From Nemertoderma westbladi (taxonomy: Eukaryota; Animalia; Xenacoelomorpha): a DNA stretch of 64,000 nt. The translations under genes were made by a program, and so were the position numbers. The notes below the pieces were generated by a model. The model was not told where the DNA came from and made no database searches. It saw nothing but the letters and a program-made list of their open reading frames with translations. The stretch lies in assembly GCA_032718475.1 (NCBI GenBank), contig JAUCBJ010003239.1, positions 1 to 64,000 of the forward strand. Direction: 5' to 3'. Shown here piece by piece: positions 61,968 through 64,000 of this stretch (positions are counted from its first letter, which is position 1; every line of letters starts with the position of its first letter).

Positions 61968-64000
61968 TTAGGTGGTATATCTTTCCGGACGGCGGACCTG
62001 TCGGCCGGAACGAGTCTGAAACGTGGACGACGTCGTGGTGGGAGGTTTCGAGTGGGCCTTGGGCCTGGCGTAAGGACTGGTATGTCGTGCTGGAGTGGCT
62101 GCTACGGCAGCGTAGGAAGGCGCCGGAAGGTCGGGATCTGACGAAGATGCCGACGGTGCCGGTGGGATCGTGGGCGGCCGCGGAATGAAGGCAATCTTCA
62201 GTCTGTCGATGGAGACATGATCCAGGCGGCCATTGAGGTCAAGGAGGAAAGTTTTTGGCTCCACCTTAATGATTTTGTAGGGGCCAGCATAGGGGCGGTT
62301 GAGAGGTCCTACATGACCACCACGGCGTACATACACGTAACCTGTCGAGGCCAGGGATGCCGGGATGTGGGAGGTTGACGGTGAGCCGTGGAAGTTTGTC
62401 GGCGGGGGAACAGCTGACTTGAGGCGTTCCTTGAGGTCGGAGACGAAAGCTGAGGTTGGAGTCTCTGTTCGCGCGGACCCAGGGCCCACGAACTCGCCAG
62501 GCACGTGGAGGGGGGTGCCATAGACGAGGTCGGCGGGTGAGCAGCCAGGGTCCTCCTTCCAAGCCGTCCTGATCCCGAGTAGGACTAGTGGGAGTTCGTC
62601 CATCCATTTCGGTCCATGTAGGCGGGCCTTGAGCGATGCCTTGAGTTGGCGATGGAGTCGCTCGATCATCCCATTCGCCTGTGGGTGGTAGGATGTAGTA
62701 GTGGAGGCCGAGATCCCGAGGAGGTTGTGAAGCTCGGCCCACAGGTGAGAGGTAAACTGCGCCCCGCGATCGGAGGTGATGTCCCCGGGTATCCCGAACC
62801 TGGCGATCCAGCCCCGTAGAAGTGCGCGGGCACACGTCTCAGCGGTGGCGTCGATAATGGGGATGGCCTCAGGCCACCGTGTGAACCTGTCGATGATTGT
62901 GAATAGGTAGCCGTGGCCTTCCGATGGTGGAAGTGGACCAACGATGTCTACGTGGAGGCTCTCGAATCGGGCCTCAGGGGCAGGGCGACTTTCTAGTGGC
63001 GCATGGACATGGCGGCCGACCTTGGAGGCCTGGCAGGCGGCGCACTCGAGGCAGCGTCGGCGCACGTCTTTCTTCATCCCATGCCAGATAAAACGCTCGG
63101 AGATGGCGCGGATGGTGGGCTTTGGACCGACATGTGAGAGGCCATGGATGGCCTCGAAGATCCGGCCGCGCCAGCCATCCGGGACGACGGGGCGGTTCCG
63201 GCCCGTCGAGGTGTCGCACAAGACCGTGAAGTCGCGGCATGGTATGTCGGCCAGGTGGAGGCCGGAAATGGATGTCCTGTAGGCCGAGATCTCGACCGAG
63301 GCGGCTGTCTGAGCCACGGCTAGGGCGGCAAAGTCGACCTCGGGCGCGAGGAGAGCACCGACTAGTGGGTTAGAGGCGGGTGTGCAGTCGTCGGACCGGG
63401 AAAGAGCGTCGGCGACGACGTTGGCCTTACCGGAAATGTGTCGGACGTCGGTAGAGAATTCCGACACAAAGGCCAAGTGGCGTGTCTGGCGGGGGGAACG
63501 CTCGGCGGTGTTGGCGAATGCGAAGGTCAGAGGGCGGTGGTCAGTGTAGATAATGAAGGGCCGGCCCTCGACGAAATGTCGGAAATGGCAGATGGCCGCG
63601 AACATGGCGAGGAGCTCGCGGTCAAAAACGCTGTATTTCTTCTCGGCCGAGGACAACTTGCGGGAGAAGAAAGCGAGTGGCTGCCAGTCCTCTGAAGCCG
63701 ATGCGCGCTGATCGAGGGAGGCTCCTATGGCGGTGCCGGAGGCGTCGCACGACACAGACAGGAAGTCGGATGTCCGGGGGTGGCACAATAGAGCGGCGTC
63801 GGCGAGGGCACGCTTGGCGGCGGCGAATGCGTTGGCACACTCAGAGTTCCAAGCAAACGCACCAGGGGTGGACTTGGTGGCCTCGTGGAGAGGGGCGAGG
63901 CATCCTGCGATGTTGGGGAGGAAACGGTGATAGTAGTTCAGCATCCCCAGAAATCGCTGTAGCCCGGCCTTGTCTGTCGGGGTGGAGAACTCTAGGACTG
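61968..64000 (-). CDS. pol: Ty3/Gypsy pol C-terminal part (end of RT, RNase H, integrase); continues beyond the window
   Basis: FLGMLNYYHRF, CDASG, RELLA, TDHRPL, NVVADALSR, HGLSH..CAACQ, HVDIVGP, SDRGAQF, YHPQANGMIER, GPY; GC-rich and uninterrupted. Confidence 0.96.
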   Translation of the reverse strand, partial: VLEFSTPTDKAGLQRFLGMLNYYHRFLPNIAGCLAPLHEATKSTPGAFAWNSECANAFAAAKRALADAALLCHPRTSDFLSVSCDASGTAIGASLDQRASASEDWQPLAFFSRKLSSAEKKYSVFDRELLAMFAAICHFRHFVEGRPFIIYTDHRPLTFAFANTAERSPRQTRHLAFVSEFSTDVRHISGKANVVADALSRSDDCTPASNPLVGALLAPEVDFAALAVAQTAASVEISAYRTSISGLHLADIPCRDFTVLCDTSTGRNRPVVPDGWRGRIFEAIHGLSHVGPKPTIRAISERFIWHGMKKDVRRRCLECAACQASKVGRHVHAPLESRPAPEARFESLHVDIVGPLPPSEGHGYLFTIIDRFTRWPEAIPIIDATAETCARALLRGWIARFGIPGDITSDRGAQFTSHLWAELHNLLGISASTTTSYHPQANGMIERLHRQLKASLKARLHGPKWMDELPLVLLGIRTAWKEDPGCSPADLVYGTPLHVPGEFVGPGSARTETPTSAFVSDLKERLKSAVPPPTNFHGSPSTSHIPASLASTGYVYVRRGGHVGPLNRPYAGPYKIIKVEPKTFLLDLNGRLDHVSIDRLKIAFIPRPPTIPPAPSASSSDPDLPAPSYAAVAATPARHTSPYARPKAHSKPPTTTSSTFQTRSGRQVRRPERYTT

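Noticed and set aside
62266-63930. Alternative-frame and antisense ORFs over Gypsy pol
   Set aside because: Expected from high GC content; no independent motifs

Overview
Repeat-dense, AT-rich eukaryotic (animal, probably invertebrate) DNA. The left third (1-18.4 kb) is a tandem duplication. Each unit holds a strand-asymmetric G-rich satellite and a single-coding-exon WD40-propeller + C-terminal CARD gene: one copy is intact (15323-16708) and one is disrupted (3850-5230). The copies differ mainly by radical substitutions at predicted propeller surface positions. The middle holds CTCF-motif-like repeats, a 13-bp minisatellite, a tRNA-derived SINE and a decayed RTE-like LINE. The right 37 kb is a nested stack of LTR retrotransposons: four Bel/Pao copies from three families and one Ty3/Gypsy. 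The outermost Bel/Pao element is the most unusual. In the env position it carries a ~1250-aa ORF with a WRN/EXD-type DEDDy 3'-5' exonuclease and three CCHC knuckles. It also has eight dispersed copies of a 20-nt self-complementary motif, conserved in two reading frames and in non-coding DNA. All domain calls come from motif recognition by eye; no searches were run.
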